From the NCBI GenBank assembly GCA_965208675.1, contig OZ242351.1, positions 832,001 through 896,000 of the forward strand: a stretch of 64,000 bases of DNA, given 5' to 3'. The translations under genes were made by a program, and so were the position numbers. Below are positions 9,452 to 18,945 of this stretch, one piece after another (the stretch's first letter is position 1; each line of letters opens with the position of its first letter). The notes under the pieces were generated by a model. It did not search any database, was not told the DNA's origin, and worked only from the letters and a program-made list of their open reading frames with translations. Source of the DNA: Candidatus Poribacteria bacterium (GTDB lineage: Bacteria; Poribacteria; WGA-4E; PCPOR2b).

Positions 9452-10219
9452 CTAGTGATGGTGGTCGGATGTGTCATGGTCATGTTTGGACTTGTCATAA
9501 TCATGTTTCCACTTGCCATAACCATAGTCGTGTTTCGACTTGCCGTGTCCACGATCGCACTTCGACTTGCCATGGTCATCATCGTGTTTCGACCTGCCAT
9601 GTCCGTGACGGCGATGCCGCCCGTCTCGGCGATGATCATGATCTTTAAATTTTTTCTTACCGTGACCACGCCAGTCTTTAAACATCGCTAAACCGCTGTG
9701 TTTGCCGACGACGCCGGAAAGCGTTAGTAACGCTTCCTGCCGCGGGGTCAACCCTTCAAGAAGCGATGCCTCCAACGCCTCGAATTCTGTGCCTAACGCG
9801 GCCCGCTTATTTTTGAATTCTTCAAGCGCAGATGCGACTGTGGCGTCATCGCCCGCGACCATGGTTTTCTTGAGGTCTTTTAACATCGGACCCAACGTCT
9901 TGGCGCGCATCATTCGATGATGCAGCACAGCTTCAATCTTCGGCGCAAGGCCTTCTGCGTCTTCATCCGAGAGATTCAGGTTCGCAAGGATTTTCTTCGT
10001 TTTCCATTCGATACGTTTCGCGGCCTTGAGCTTGGCCATCTCCATCTTCTCAGCCTTTTCCTGCTCCCACTTCTCGGATTCAGAATCGTCTTTTTCAGCT
10101 TCCGCATGGGTTAAGAAGAAGCAGCTTCCGGCGAGAAAAAAGGCGACCGTTACCAAAAGCGCAATCGAACGACTCAATGCCAACTTAGACAACTTGGGAT
10201 TGTGCGACAAAATAGACAT
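9452..10219 (-). CDS. Secreted helical (Spy/CpxP-like) protein with His-rich C-terminal repeats
   Basis: Signal peptide ending AEA, LTPRQ motif, and tail repeats GRSKHDDDH/GKSKCDRGH/GKSKHDYGY/GKWKHDYD; RBS GGAGG. Confidence 0.7.
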   Translation of the reverse strand: MSILSHNPKLSKLALSRSIALLVTVAFFLAGSCFFLTHAEAEKDDSESEKWEQEKAEKMEMAKLKAAKRIEWKTKKILANLNLSDEDAEGLAPKIEAVLHHRMMRAKTLGPMLKDLKKTMVAGDDATVASALEEFKNKRAALGTEFEALEASLLEGLTPRQEALLTLSGVVGKHSGLAMFKDWRGHGKKKFKDHDHRRDGRHRRHGHGRSKHDDDHGKSKCDRGHGKSKHDYGYGKWKHDYDKSKHDHDTSDHHH

Positions 10220-10286
10220 CTTCTTTTCCTCCGTAGTTTAGTGAATTCTGTTGTTTCGTTATGATACAACCCGTGTCACTGTCCCT

Positions 10287-10315
10287 TTTGACAAATGGTG
10301 TCATAAAATGTTCGC
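10287..10315 (-). promoter_or_regulatory. Possible ECF-type promoter GCGAAC-N16-TGTCAAA
   Basis: Resembles the sigmaE-type GAAC...GTCAAA consensus, about 70 nt upstream of the His-rich gene. Confidence 0.45.
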
Positions 10316-10775
10316 AGTTTCCGCAAAAAGAAAAAATCCGCACCTTATCCTCCCCATTACCAATTTCACGTGTGAATTTACATAATCCACCCATATAATA
10401 AAGAAGAACGAGACCGTTCCCAGTAATGGTATGATCTGAAGCGGCCGCCGCATGTTATCCTCCCATTTACTGAGGGGAAGCGAGCGGGGGTTTTGTGCGC
10501 GGCAAATTTGGGCAGCTGGCACACATAAAATACAGTTTTTACAGTCTATAAAAAAGGGGTAAATTTGTGCAAGATTTCGTAGGTCGGTTAGAGCGGGAAT
10601 GATTGCGATGACCCCGAGATCTACAAATGGAGAGCATTTAGAGGTCGATGGCAAGTGTTAATGGCGTAGCGAAACCGAACGTTTTTTAGGCGTCTGATTA
10701 ATGGAGCGGCGAAAACGAATCAGGAAGTTAACTACAAGAACTGGTATGCTGGGAATAGACGTACCTTGGAAATTC

Positions 10776-11098
10776 AAGGTAACCAAAAGGTAACCAAAAA
10801 AAAAGATCGGTACTGAACTCGATGTCACAAATCTTAACATTTTGTCAAGTTTTGTCACATTACGTTACGTGCCCTGTGACATGAGAATCTCGTGATTCGA
10901 AAAGGCGGTAGATCCGCTTGCAATGCAGGTTTATTGTATGTTTATGTTTGATAAAATTTCGGGTTTAAATCACACCATGCCGTTTTTTTGAGTCGCCTTT
11001 AAGACGCAAACCCGTCCATATAAAAACCGCCAAAGTCCGATATTCACGGCGTTTATACGGATTTTTGGTTACCTTTAAACGCCAATAAATGTCACAAA
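10776..11098. repeat. Array of direct and inverted repeats (AAGGTAACCAAAA x3; TGTCACA x4)
   Basis: AAGGTAACCAAAA at 10776 and 10787, inverted at 11063-11075. TGTCACA at 10823, 10853 and 11090, inverted at 10875. Confidence 0.65.
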
Positions 11099-11304
11099 CC
11101 CTCACAAAATTTCGCATTTTCGGAAATTTCGCCTGATTTGGGATTTGCAGCATATTGGATTGACACAAGAGGAGATTTAGACCTTGATTTCAGAGTGTTG
11201 GATGGGGGCGCCCGCTAGCAGATTCTGGGCATGGGGGATACCAAGCTGCATGCGGCGAACAGCAAACTTAAATCATAATCGCTGTCGGGTTCATCAGGTT
11301 TCGG

Positions 11305-11676
11305 TTAAGACCCGAATCGTAGGATGTGACCGTCCGGGTCCTCGACTCTTAGCTCGTATGCCCACGGATAGTTTGTCGGCGTTTCTCGAAACGTCGCGCC
11401 ATTGGCTTTGAATTCGTCATAAATTGCGTCGGTGTCTGAGACGCCAATCCAGAGCCAGGTGCCGGGCTGGCCTTGTCCCCCTTCGCATAGCAAGATGGGA
11501 AAGTCATCGCGAGACACACTCGCAAAGTTGGGCGGATCGCCCCAGTCCCATTCTTTTTTAAAGCCGAGGCGGTTAATATAATAGTCAACGCTCACAGCGA
11601 CGTTCTTAACATATAAAATGGGTGTGATGCACTCCAATTCAATTGCTTTTTCTTTGTCTCCGGTAGTGTTCCACAT
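11305..11676 (-). CDS. VOC/glyoxalase/bleomycin-resistance family protein
   Basis: ITPILYVKNVAVSVDYY...LGF, PWAYELRVEDPDGHILRF; RBS AAGGAGA. Confidence 0.9.
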   Translation of the reverse strand: MWNTTGDKEKAIELECITPILYVKNVAVSVDYYINRLGFKKEWDWGDPPNFASVSRDDFPILLCEGGQGQPGTWLWIGVSDTDAIYDEFKANGATFRETPTNYPWAYELRVEDPDGHILRFGS

Positions 11677-11877
11677 CTGAAGTTTCTCCTTTGTTTACAA
11701 AACACATAATTTTAGTATAACGTAAATTCGAAATAGGATATTAGGCATCCGGGGAATGAAAAACAGCAAACCTAGATATGGGTGAAATGGTACTATAGTT
11801 CTGTGATGGGGTTGATTTTCGAAAAAAATTAAATTTGCTTTTGGATTTAATCAGGTTCAAGGACGGATGACCACGCC

Positions 11878-12172
11878 CTACTGATGCGATTCCATATACC
11901 CCCGCAACACGCCGTTCATGCGGGTTTGGTAACCTTTTCCCTGAGATTTGAACCACTTGAGCACATCGCTGTCAGGGATTATTATCGCGCGGAAAATCCT
12001 ATCGCCTTCGCTATTCGCTCAGTTGATCCTCATCTGTCTGCTGGGCGTCGGGGTCCGATACGGCTGCCGCGTTAATTTCGGCCTCGGTCATATTTTTGAC
12101 CTTCTCCCAATCGGTTTGCGAATTTTTCGGTAGATCATCGAGAGAAACTCTCACGGTACGTTCTTCTTTCAC
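11878..12172 (-). pseudogene. brnA: BrnA antitoxin pseudogene
   Basis: Manual translation: N-part MKEERTVRVSLDDLPKNSQTDWEKVKNMTEAEINAAAVSDPDA, then stops and a frameshift, then C-part DSDVLKWFKSQGKGYQTRMNGVLRGYMESHQ. Confidence 0.8.
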
Positions 12173-12209
12173 GGCGATTCACCCTCCTCGCTGAAATGAT
12201 GACGCGGAT
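12135..12209 (-). pseudogene. brnT: BrnT toxin C-terminal remnant
   Basis: IRVIISARRVNRRERRTYRESFSR* is the BrnT RIISAR tail. It overlaps the brnA start, and the rest of the gene is missing. Confidence 0.7.
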
Positions 12210-12217
12210 CTACAGAT

Positions 12218-12246
12218 AGTCTACAATGTGTACATACAAATGTCAA
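12218..12246 (-). promoter_or_regulatory. Sigma70 promoter of the brnTA remnant
   Basis: TTGACA-17nt-TAGACT with a TGTA..TACA operator-like palindrome in the spacer. Confidence 0.65.
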
Positions 12247-12355
12247 AAATATGTGGGCTACCCCATGAAACGGTATCCCTTTGCAATCTCAACTCTTTGC
12301 CTCAAGTAAAAACCTCAACCACTTTCAAAGCCGCCGTGGAAGCACTATACAACGA

Positions 12356-12673
12356 TTAGTCGTCGTTTTCGGTGGTAAATACTTCCGGGTTAATATGTTT
12401 TAACTTGAGCGTGGATAACTTTTCACGGTCCCAATCCACCAACTCACCAAAATAGTTGAACGCCCGCAGCAATCCTAAATAACGCTTTACCTCCGGTATG
12501 GCTTCCCATTCCGCAGTTGCGGCTTCATCATCGGGATTGGGGCGCGGCGTGTTGGCTTTCACTTTTTCAAATTCGACATGAGCCTTTTCTAACTCCTCCG
12601 CGACTTCTCCGCGAAACGGCTCTTCATCTTCGATGTAGTCGTCAATCATTTTCCTCAGTTCTGCATCAGTCAT
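12356..12673 (-). CDS. Hypothetical acidic protein
   Basis: ORF with RBS GAGGGG, tightly coupled to the upstream gene. Confidence 0.6.
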   Translation of the reverse strand: MTDAELRKMIDDYIEDEEPFRGEVAEELEKAHVEFEKVKANTPRPNPDDEAATAEWEAIPEVKRYLGLLRAFNYFGELVDWDREKLSTLKLKHINPEVFTTENDD

Positions 12674-12674
12674 T

Positions 12675-13190
12675 TTAGTCCCCCTCATAAAAGTTACGCT
12701 CTCGGATACTGGAATCTATTTCGCTCAGTTTCCGATTAATCATTTCGTGTGTTTCGACTAATTTGCCGGTGTTCGAATCCACCGCCTCTTTTAGCTTTTC
12801 GAGCTGATATATCAAGAAAATATAAGCGAAAACAAACATCTCGAAAAAGCCGATGTTTCTCCACTTTTCGAATTTGATAAAATTCACAAATACGGGATAG
12901 ACAATCATCACGCCCAAGAAGATGAACGGTAACAAAAACGCAAACGTGATTAATGTCCCGGAGCGGGACCGCTTGTTGTGGCGCGCTTCCAAGATGGCAA
13001 GAACTCCCGCAATGGCAATCGTTATCGCTCCAATCAGATATATTCGATGCTCATGGCCCCAATTCCAACTGGCATTGTCGGGGATAATCGCCTCCAAGCC
13101 CCTTTGTAAATATCCGAGTAAGAAAAAGCATCCGATTACTATGATGATATTCCGCCACCGGCGCAGCTTTTCAATCATTTTGCCCTCCAT
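12675..13190 (-). CDS. Hypothetical membrane protein (about 4 TM)
   Basis: Four hydrophobic segments and a coiled C-terminus. Confidence 0.6.
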   Translation of the reverse strand: MEGKMIEKLRRWRNIIIVIGCFFLLGYLQRGLEAIIPDNASWNWGHEHRIYLIGAITIAIAGVLAILEARHNKRSRSGTLITFAFLLPFIFLGVMIVYPVFVNFIKFEKWRNIGFFEMFVFAYIFLIYQLEKLKEAVDSNTGKLVETHEMINRKLSEIDSSIRERNFYEGD

Positions 13191-13492
13191 ATGTTTTCTT
13201 CGCGGCAATCAAGAAGCGCTGATTTGTATACATCATCATAGACCTCTTCGGGCGATTTGATGGTTTCGGTATAGACCGCACCCAGCCGATGGGTGATTGT
13301 TCTGCTCGTTTCCCCGCCGAATTTATCTAGGTGTTGTTTCCGGGCGCGCCTTGCCTTTGCCTCGGCATAAGCCTCACAATCAATCTTGCCATCCCCGCAA
13401 CCGATGAGAGTGCCGATTAAATAAACTGCGATTGACATCAAGATTGCAAAGATAACGACGCGCTGATAGCGCCGAAACGAAAACTCAGTCAT
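13175..13492 (-). CDS. Hypothetical lipoprotein
   Basis: Signal peptide with LIGC lipobox; RBS AAGGAGG. Confidence 0.65.
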   Translation of the reverse strand: MTEFSFRRYQRVVIFAILMSIAVYLIGTLIGCGDGKIDCEAYAEAKARRARKQHLDKFGGETSRTITHRLGAVYTETIKSPEEVYDDVYKSALLDCREENIWRAK

Positions 13493-13866
13493 TTTGAATC
13501 TCCTTGTGGTTTAGGGTTTAGGCACAAAGAGAGCGAGACCGTGGAACTATTAAATTGTAGTTAGTTTTGGGGTATCGCAATCTCGCAATCGTCGCTGTGC
13601 CAAAGCGTGATGAGGGCGGCTGCCAGGACTGGCAACCGTAGCACCCCGATGGAACGTGGACTGAAGGCTTTTTCATTCCAGCGTAGATGTCATATTTTCG
13701 CAATGACAGTGACAGCCTCTACCGTGATGAAAAGTGGACTGAAAGTTTTATTGAATAATGCGTAATGCGTAAAGAGTAAAAGGCTTAAATGCAATGTAAA
13801 GCGAAAGTCTTGCCTGCTGAACTTCAGTCCGCCTCCAACGCAAAGTGATTAAGTGGGCTAGTTATC

Positions 13867-15339
13867 CTACCGTGAAAGCCGAGCACCGGAACCTCTTGAG
13901 ACGAATCCAACAGTCAGGAAATTGGCGGCTAACCCCCAAACCCCAGCGTGGATACCCATGGGTTTCGTTGCGATTCCCAGCCCAGCAAGGTTGGCGAACA
14001 TGATCGCCAGTGCAACGCAGGTTCCGATCACGAGCCCCGACAAAACCGCATCGGTACGCAGCGATTTCAAATGTACACCGAGAAAGATGGCGGGCGCGAC
14101 TTGGCACAGCAGTTCGAGTTTAATCTCTGTTAACCGCCAGAGTGTTTGTGGGAGTTGAATTGCCAGAAACACGAGTATCACCATAAGCCCCCACGAGAAA
14201 ACTTTACCCGTGACGGTCAGGCGATGCTGAGAAGAATTTGGACGAATCCGCATATACAGGTCTTGCGTAAATACGGAGGAGATTGCAAGGAGCGCGGAGT
14301 CAACGGTAGACATAATGGCAGCGACTGCGGCTGAAAGAAAGAGGATGAGCAGAATTCGCACACCGGGAAGCCGTTCCGCCATGTCATTGAGCAAGAACAG
14401 AGTAACCTGCTCACTGCCTTGTTTATCTAAGCCCGGAAACTGTGCCGCGCCGACGAGACCGACAACAAACATGAAAAAGGTAGTGAAAATTGGCATGAAG
14501 ACCATAATTTGGAAAGATCGCCGCAGCGTCAGTTCGTCCTTAGCGGCGTAGATGCGCTGGACGGCGTGCGGATAGATTGACGGACCAAAAAATACGATGA
14601 TCAATGTGCTCAGCCAAGTGAGCTTTTGCTGCAGCGATGGCGGACGCCAAAAGGCGGGTTGGGCCGTCATGAGTTTCTCCGCCGCGGCGGACAATCCGCC
14701 GTATTGGTAACTGATGACGCCAAAGATAAAAATGCATCCCGCCGCCAGAAGAATACCTTGGATAGCATCTGTCCAGGCGACACTTCGAAGCCCACCAAGC
14801 GTTTCATAAACCAACATAATTAATGATAAAAAAACTACGCCTTGAACAAATGTCACGTACCCTCCTGTCGATGCCTCAACGATGTAACCGATTGCTTTGA
14901 GGTTGCTTAGGATGTAATTCCCGAGCGTGATTATGAAAATTACGGTCGAGAGCGACGTCAGCGGGGTAGATTTGTATCGCTGCTGGATATAGTCGCCGAT
15001 TGTGATATAACCGTATTGGCGGGAGAGTCGATGGATTTTGGGAGCATATACGAGGTAAGCGCCGACGATTGACATCACAAACGTGACGCTAACCAGAAAA
15101 AAATATCCTGTTCGATATACATTTCCCACAAACCCGACTAGCGTGAGACCGCTGTATTGCGTTGCATACAGGGTAAGGAATAAGACCATCAGTCCGAGTC
15201 CCCGGTTGCCGAGGAAAAAGTCGGACATTGAGTTTTCACGGCGGGCAAAGCGTCCGGCAAGTCCGACTACAATCAGGGATGTCAAATAGATTCCCATAAA
15301 GATTACGCCGCCAGGACCGAGGAGTGCTGTCGTTTTCAT
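13867..15339 (-). CDS. Sodium:solute symporter family protein (PanF-like)
   Basis: DFFLGNRGLG, YETLGGLRSVAWTDAIQG, AAIMSTVDSALL; about 13 TM. Confidence 0.92.
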   Translation of the reverse strand: MKTTALLGPGGVIFMGIYLTSLIVVGLAGRFARRENSMSDFFLGNRGLGLMVLFLTLYATQYSGLTLVGFVGNVYRTGYFFLVSVTFVMSIVGAYLVYAPKIHRLSRQYGYITIGDYIQQRYKSTPLTSLSTVIFIITLGNYILSNLKAIGYIVEASTGGYVTFVQGVVFLSLIMLVYETLGGLRSVAWTDAIQGILLAAGCIFIFGVISYQYGGLSAAAEKLMTAQPAFWRPPSLQQKLTWLSTLIIVFFGPSIYPHAVQRIYAAKDELTLRRSFQIMVFMPIFTTFFMFVVGLVGAAQFPGLDKQGSEQVTLFLLNDMAERLPGVRILLILFLSAAVAAIMSTVDSALLAISSVFTQDLYMRIRPNSSQHRLTVTGKVFSWGLMVILVFLAIQLPQTLWRLTEIKLELLCQVAPAIFLGVHLKSLRTDAVLSGLVIGTCVALAIMFANLAGLGIATKPMGIHAGVWGLAANFLTVGFVSRGSGARLSR

Positions 15340-15442
15340 CTAGTGCGTTTCCGGAGGTTTGAGCTGTCTAACTTGGTGTGATAATGGACGGTTGTCATAA
15401 CTGATGAAACGTGAAGTTGCGTCAGTTTTCGCGTGGACTTAA

Positions 15443-15658
15443 TTATTGAGCGTCGTCGTCATCCTTGTTGGAGGATACCGACCAGTAGCGGTGGAGACAG
15501 ACCGCAACGATAACGGCGTACAGAATGGTCGTGCAAAAACTATAGAATGCCCAAGGCGGGAACCCGAAAATCTGAACCGAATGGGATTTTGTGAAGACCC
15601 AAGGAACGGTAGCCGCAAGGAAAAAGGTCAATATAAAATACAGTTTCTTTCGTGTCAT
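15443..15658 (-). CDS. Small 2-TM SSS-associated protein (DUF997/DUF3311-like)
   Basis: IFGFPPWAFYS motif; lies immediately upstream of the SSS transporter. Confidence 0.7.
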   Translation of the reverse strand: MTRKKLYFILTFFLAATVPWVFTKSHSVQIFGFPPWAFYSFCTTILYAVIVAVCLHRYWSVSSNKDDDDAQ

Positions 15659-16061
15659 AATTTTTGTTGTCTTCGAACCCACATAATGCGCGCGTAGTCG
15701 TCCGAGAAAATGCGCGACGATTCGCAGATGGGTGCGATTCTAATCACAGCGGAACACGGTTTTTGAAGGGAAAACAAAGTCTAAGTCCAATGTCTAAACC
15801 AACTGGTCCAATTTGGAGACAATCGCGCCAATCCCAGCATATTAACCGTGCGTCAATAACTAATTCCTCAAACAGGCAAGATGCGCCTTTCGGGTTCAAT
15901 ACCCCTAACCATAGCCGATTCTCGTGGGAATGTCAATATTTAAGATTTCTGCCAGCCCATTGTGCTGATGTCTGAGAACGCCGCATTGCTATTCACACCT
16001 TGACGGCAACACCCGCTTACCGCTAAAATATCCGATACAATTCACACATGGGAAGAATTAG

Positions 16062-18716
16062 ATGTTTCTTAAGCTGACAATGATGGGTGTCTGTAATCTG
16101 TTTATTCTCGGATTAACAGGTTACATTTTCAGATGCCTCCGAACTAAAACCTTTCATCTTGACCTGCCAATTTTTGGTTTCTTATCGATTTTCAATGCGA
16201 CGTTTTTCACATTTCTCTTCGGCGTCTTTGGTGCCTTGAAACCGGCCTTGATGACGCTTGTTAGCCTCATCGGCTTGTGTGTGATGGCAGTGCATGTCTA
16301 CCGGCGAAGGCTGCTCTCCGCTGCCACACGGACTGCGTTCTTCAATCGGGTAAAGGGCACAGAACTCACCGTCGTCGGGTGGTTTCTCGCCGCGGCGGCA
16401 GTCCTTCAACTGGGGCGCATTGCATTTCATGTTTGGTATATACCGCCTTATGTCCACGACACGCTAACCTACCATCTTCCCAATGTCGCCGAATGGGTGC
16501 AAAAGGCTAGAATCCACGCCATCTCAACGCCAGTCATTCGAAGTAACTGGCCCGCGGCGTTTGAGGTGTTTGAGACCTGGTTCGTCGTTTTCCTACATCA
16601 CGATCTTCTAATTCAACTCGGCAGCGCCGTTTGCTACCTGCTTGCAGTTGCATCGGTATTCGCCATAGGCCGAGCGTTAGGCATGGGAACGCATCTTGCA
16701 GTGGGAGTCGCGTTGCTCTTTGCCTATACACCATCGGTGGCGATTCACGCGACCTCTTGCAAAAACGACCTCGCTGCAGCGGCCTTATACCTGTTTTCAA
16801 TGGCAGTATTGGTGGACCTTTGGCGAAACGGAGACAATGCCAATTTTCCTTTGAATCGCCGGTTGCTGCTATTGGCGATGGCGTTTACCTTCGGTGTGGG
16901 CACTAAGGCATATACGGTTTTTATTGCGCCGGGTCTAATTCTCTTGGGAATTCTTGCGTTGTGCAAACACCGGTTGTTAAAAGCCAGCATCAGTGCGCTG
17001 CATCCCAGGATTTTCCCATCAAAACGGCTACTCTTGCTTTATGCTAGCCTTCTCTTAAGCAGCGGGATTTTGGCGTTCTACTGGTATGTGCGCAACTACC
17101 TGGTCTTTGATAATCCGTTCTATCCGGCCGATTTACGGCTCTTTGGGCATCTTATTTTTGGATCGGGAAACCCGCCCAACCCCGCCATATCTGCCCAATC
17201 TTCCTTTAGCTTGCACTCCATGTGGCAGAACACACGGCACCTCGTGTCTTTCAAGATTTTCGATCAACTCCGATATTACGCAGATTTACATCGCGTTACT
17301 GGCTGGGGCTGGTTTTGTTTTGCGTGTGGAATTTCGTCCGTAATTTACGGTGCAGTGTTTGACAGAAAGGTACGCGCTCTCATCTTCTGTTTTGTTCTTT
17401 CCTTGTTGTCGCTGTTGGGTTGGATATTCGTTGATGATTGGCACGGGCGGTTCCTTCATTTTTTCCCGCCCATCTTTGCGATTGCATTTGGTGCAATGCT
17501 GATGCATCTGCGAATGCGCTGGGTTTGGGCGCCGTTATCGGTGTTTGCCGCTATCTGCAGCCTTTGCAATTTCGTTGCGGTGCTCAATGTCGGTGTATTT
17601 GATAAAGAAAGCATGAAACATCTTATGAACACGCCTACGCTAAAGCGCTCTGCTGCCGACCGAAGTATTCGCTGGTCTGCCGGTGGTGCATATCAAGAGG
17701 TTCATAACCGTCTACCAAAGGATGAAGTTATCGGTTATAACGTTGGAAAAAACCACGTTATCTATCCTCTATTCGACAGCGACTTTTCCCGCCATCTCCA
17801 CTACATTCCCAATTCGATTGAAGACGTTAGAGATTATATGATATCTGAGGGAATCCACTACCTGTACGCCCCCGAAACGGGAGAACGGGGCGCGTGGGCA
17901 GATCCTTATGTCGGCCATCAAATTGGAATTCGGAACGGCAGAATGGCAACATGGTTCAACGTTCAGTCGGTCAACCGCGAATACGATTCCGGAACTATTC
18001 GCGCCGACGAATGGACACACCTCGCTTTTACCTTCAATGGGCAAGAGACCGTATCTTACGTGAACGGCGAAGTCGCAGCCAAACATACAGACCGACGAGG
18101 AAATATTGAATTTAGGGAAAATCCACATTTTGTTATTGGAGACCGATCTAACGCCGCGCCGGGTGAGCCTTTCAAGGGTTTGGTCGATGAAGTCACACTG
18201 TTCAATCGTGTGTTACGTCAACAAGAAATTGAAGCGGTAATGAACCGCGGGGTTGTTCCAGCTGTACGTGTCGATAACACATCATCCGTGACTTCAGCGA
18301 ACGCCGATGGTCTGGTAGCTTACTATACATTTGAGGAAGATACTAGAGACGTGTCGGGGAATGGACACGATGGAAAAATGGTCAGTGTTGTCGAGCTAAT
18401 TCCAGATGATGGGGCACCTATTCCCAACGGCAATGGGTGTGTCCGGTTTTCGGGTCGTTCGGGCGCGATGTTGAATTGCGGCAACGCACCAGAACTCCGA
18501 ATTGCGCAAAATTTGACGTTGATGGCATGGGTCAAAGCCGAAACAGTTGATCCTACGCAGTTCGTTGCAGGTCCAGCTTACGCTGGTGGAAAATGGTATA
18601 ATAATTCGCACATTCGAAATGCGTTTCGCAAAGGGGAACTCATTAAAATATCGGAGCATCTTTATGCGCTTAAGTCGACTCAAACAGATAGTCGGATTCA
18701 TGATTCTACCGATTAA
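16062..18716 (+). CDS. GT-C fold membrane glycosyltransferase (ArnT/PMT-like) with inserted LamG domain
   Basis: DTLTYHLP, KNDL, GTKAY and WYVRNYLVFDNPFYP motifs with many TM helices. LamG motifs EWTHLAFTFNG, FKGLVDEV and GLVAYYTF. Confidence 0.8.
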   Translation: MFLKLTMMGVCNLFILGLTGYIFRCLRTKTFHLDLPIFGFLSIFNATFFTFLFGVFGALKPALMTLVSLIGLCVMAVHVYRRRLLSAATRTAFFNRVKGTELTVVGWFLAAAAVLQLGRIAFHVWYIPPYVHDTLTYHLPNVAEWVQKARIHAISTPVIRSNWPAAFEVFETWFVVFLHHDLLIQLGSAVCYLLAVASVFAIGRALGMGTHLAVGVALLFAYTPSVAIHATSCKNDLAAAALYLFSMAVLVDLWRNGDNANFPLNRRLLLLAMAFTFGVGTKAYTVFIAPGLILLGILALCKHRLLKASISALHPRIFPSKRLLLLYASLLLSSGILAFYWYVRNYLVFDNPFYPADLRLFGHLIFGSGNPPNPAISAQSSFSLHSMWQNTRHLVSFKIFDQLRYYADLHRVTGWGWFCFACGISSVIYGAVFDRKVRALIFCFVLSLLSLLGWIFVDDWHGRFLHFFPPIFAIAFGAMLMHLRMRWVWAPLSVFAAICSLCNFVAVLNVGVFDKESMKHLMNTPTLKRSAADRSIRWSAGGAYQEVHNRLPKDEVIGYNVGKNHVIYPLFDSDFSRHLHYIPNSIEDVRDYMISEGIHYLYAPETGERGAWADPYVGHQIGIRNGRMATWFNVQSVNREYDSGTIRADEWTHLAFTFNGQETVSYVNGEVAAKHTDRRGNIEFRENPHFVIGDRSNAAPGEPFKGLVDEVTLFNRVLRQQEIEAVMNRGVVPAVRVDNTSSVTSANADGLVAYYTFEEDTRDVSGNGHDGKMVSVVELIPDDGAPIPNGNGCVRFSGRSGAMLNCGNAPELRIAQNLTLMAWVKAETVDPTQFVAGPAYAGGKWYNNSHIRNAFRKGELIKISEHLYALKSTQTDSRIHDSTD

Positions 18717-18945
18717 TTTGTGTTTATTTTACGTTTACTTCACCAAGCAAGCCAAGTTCTCGTTCGAGTTCATATTGTCACTGTTGCGGCGTTGAGTCAG
18801 TTGTCCGCGAATTCGTATAGTAGACGGCACACGGAGTGTACTTGCTGCTTTATGTTTTTTGCTTGACCGACCTACCTCCAAGTGATATGATTAGTGTCTA
18901 TTTCAAGGGAAATTTCATGAACTAAGGCAGGGTGTTTTCCTAGCG

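Noticed and set aside
9455-9650. CRISPR-like periodicity
   Set aside because: These are 27-bp coding tandem repeats with no unique spacers, and no cas genes are present.
9356-9691. Repetitive ORFs 9356-9691 (+) and 9370-9669 (-)
   Set aside because: Shadow frames of the His-rich repeat tail.
11699-11727. dif-like sequence AAAACACATAA-TTTTAG-TATAACGTAAAT
   Set aside because: The XerD arm fits only with a 7-bp spacer and weakly; more likely the AT-rich promoter of the VOC gene.
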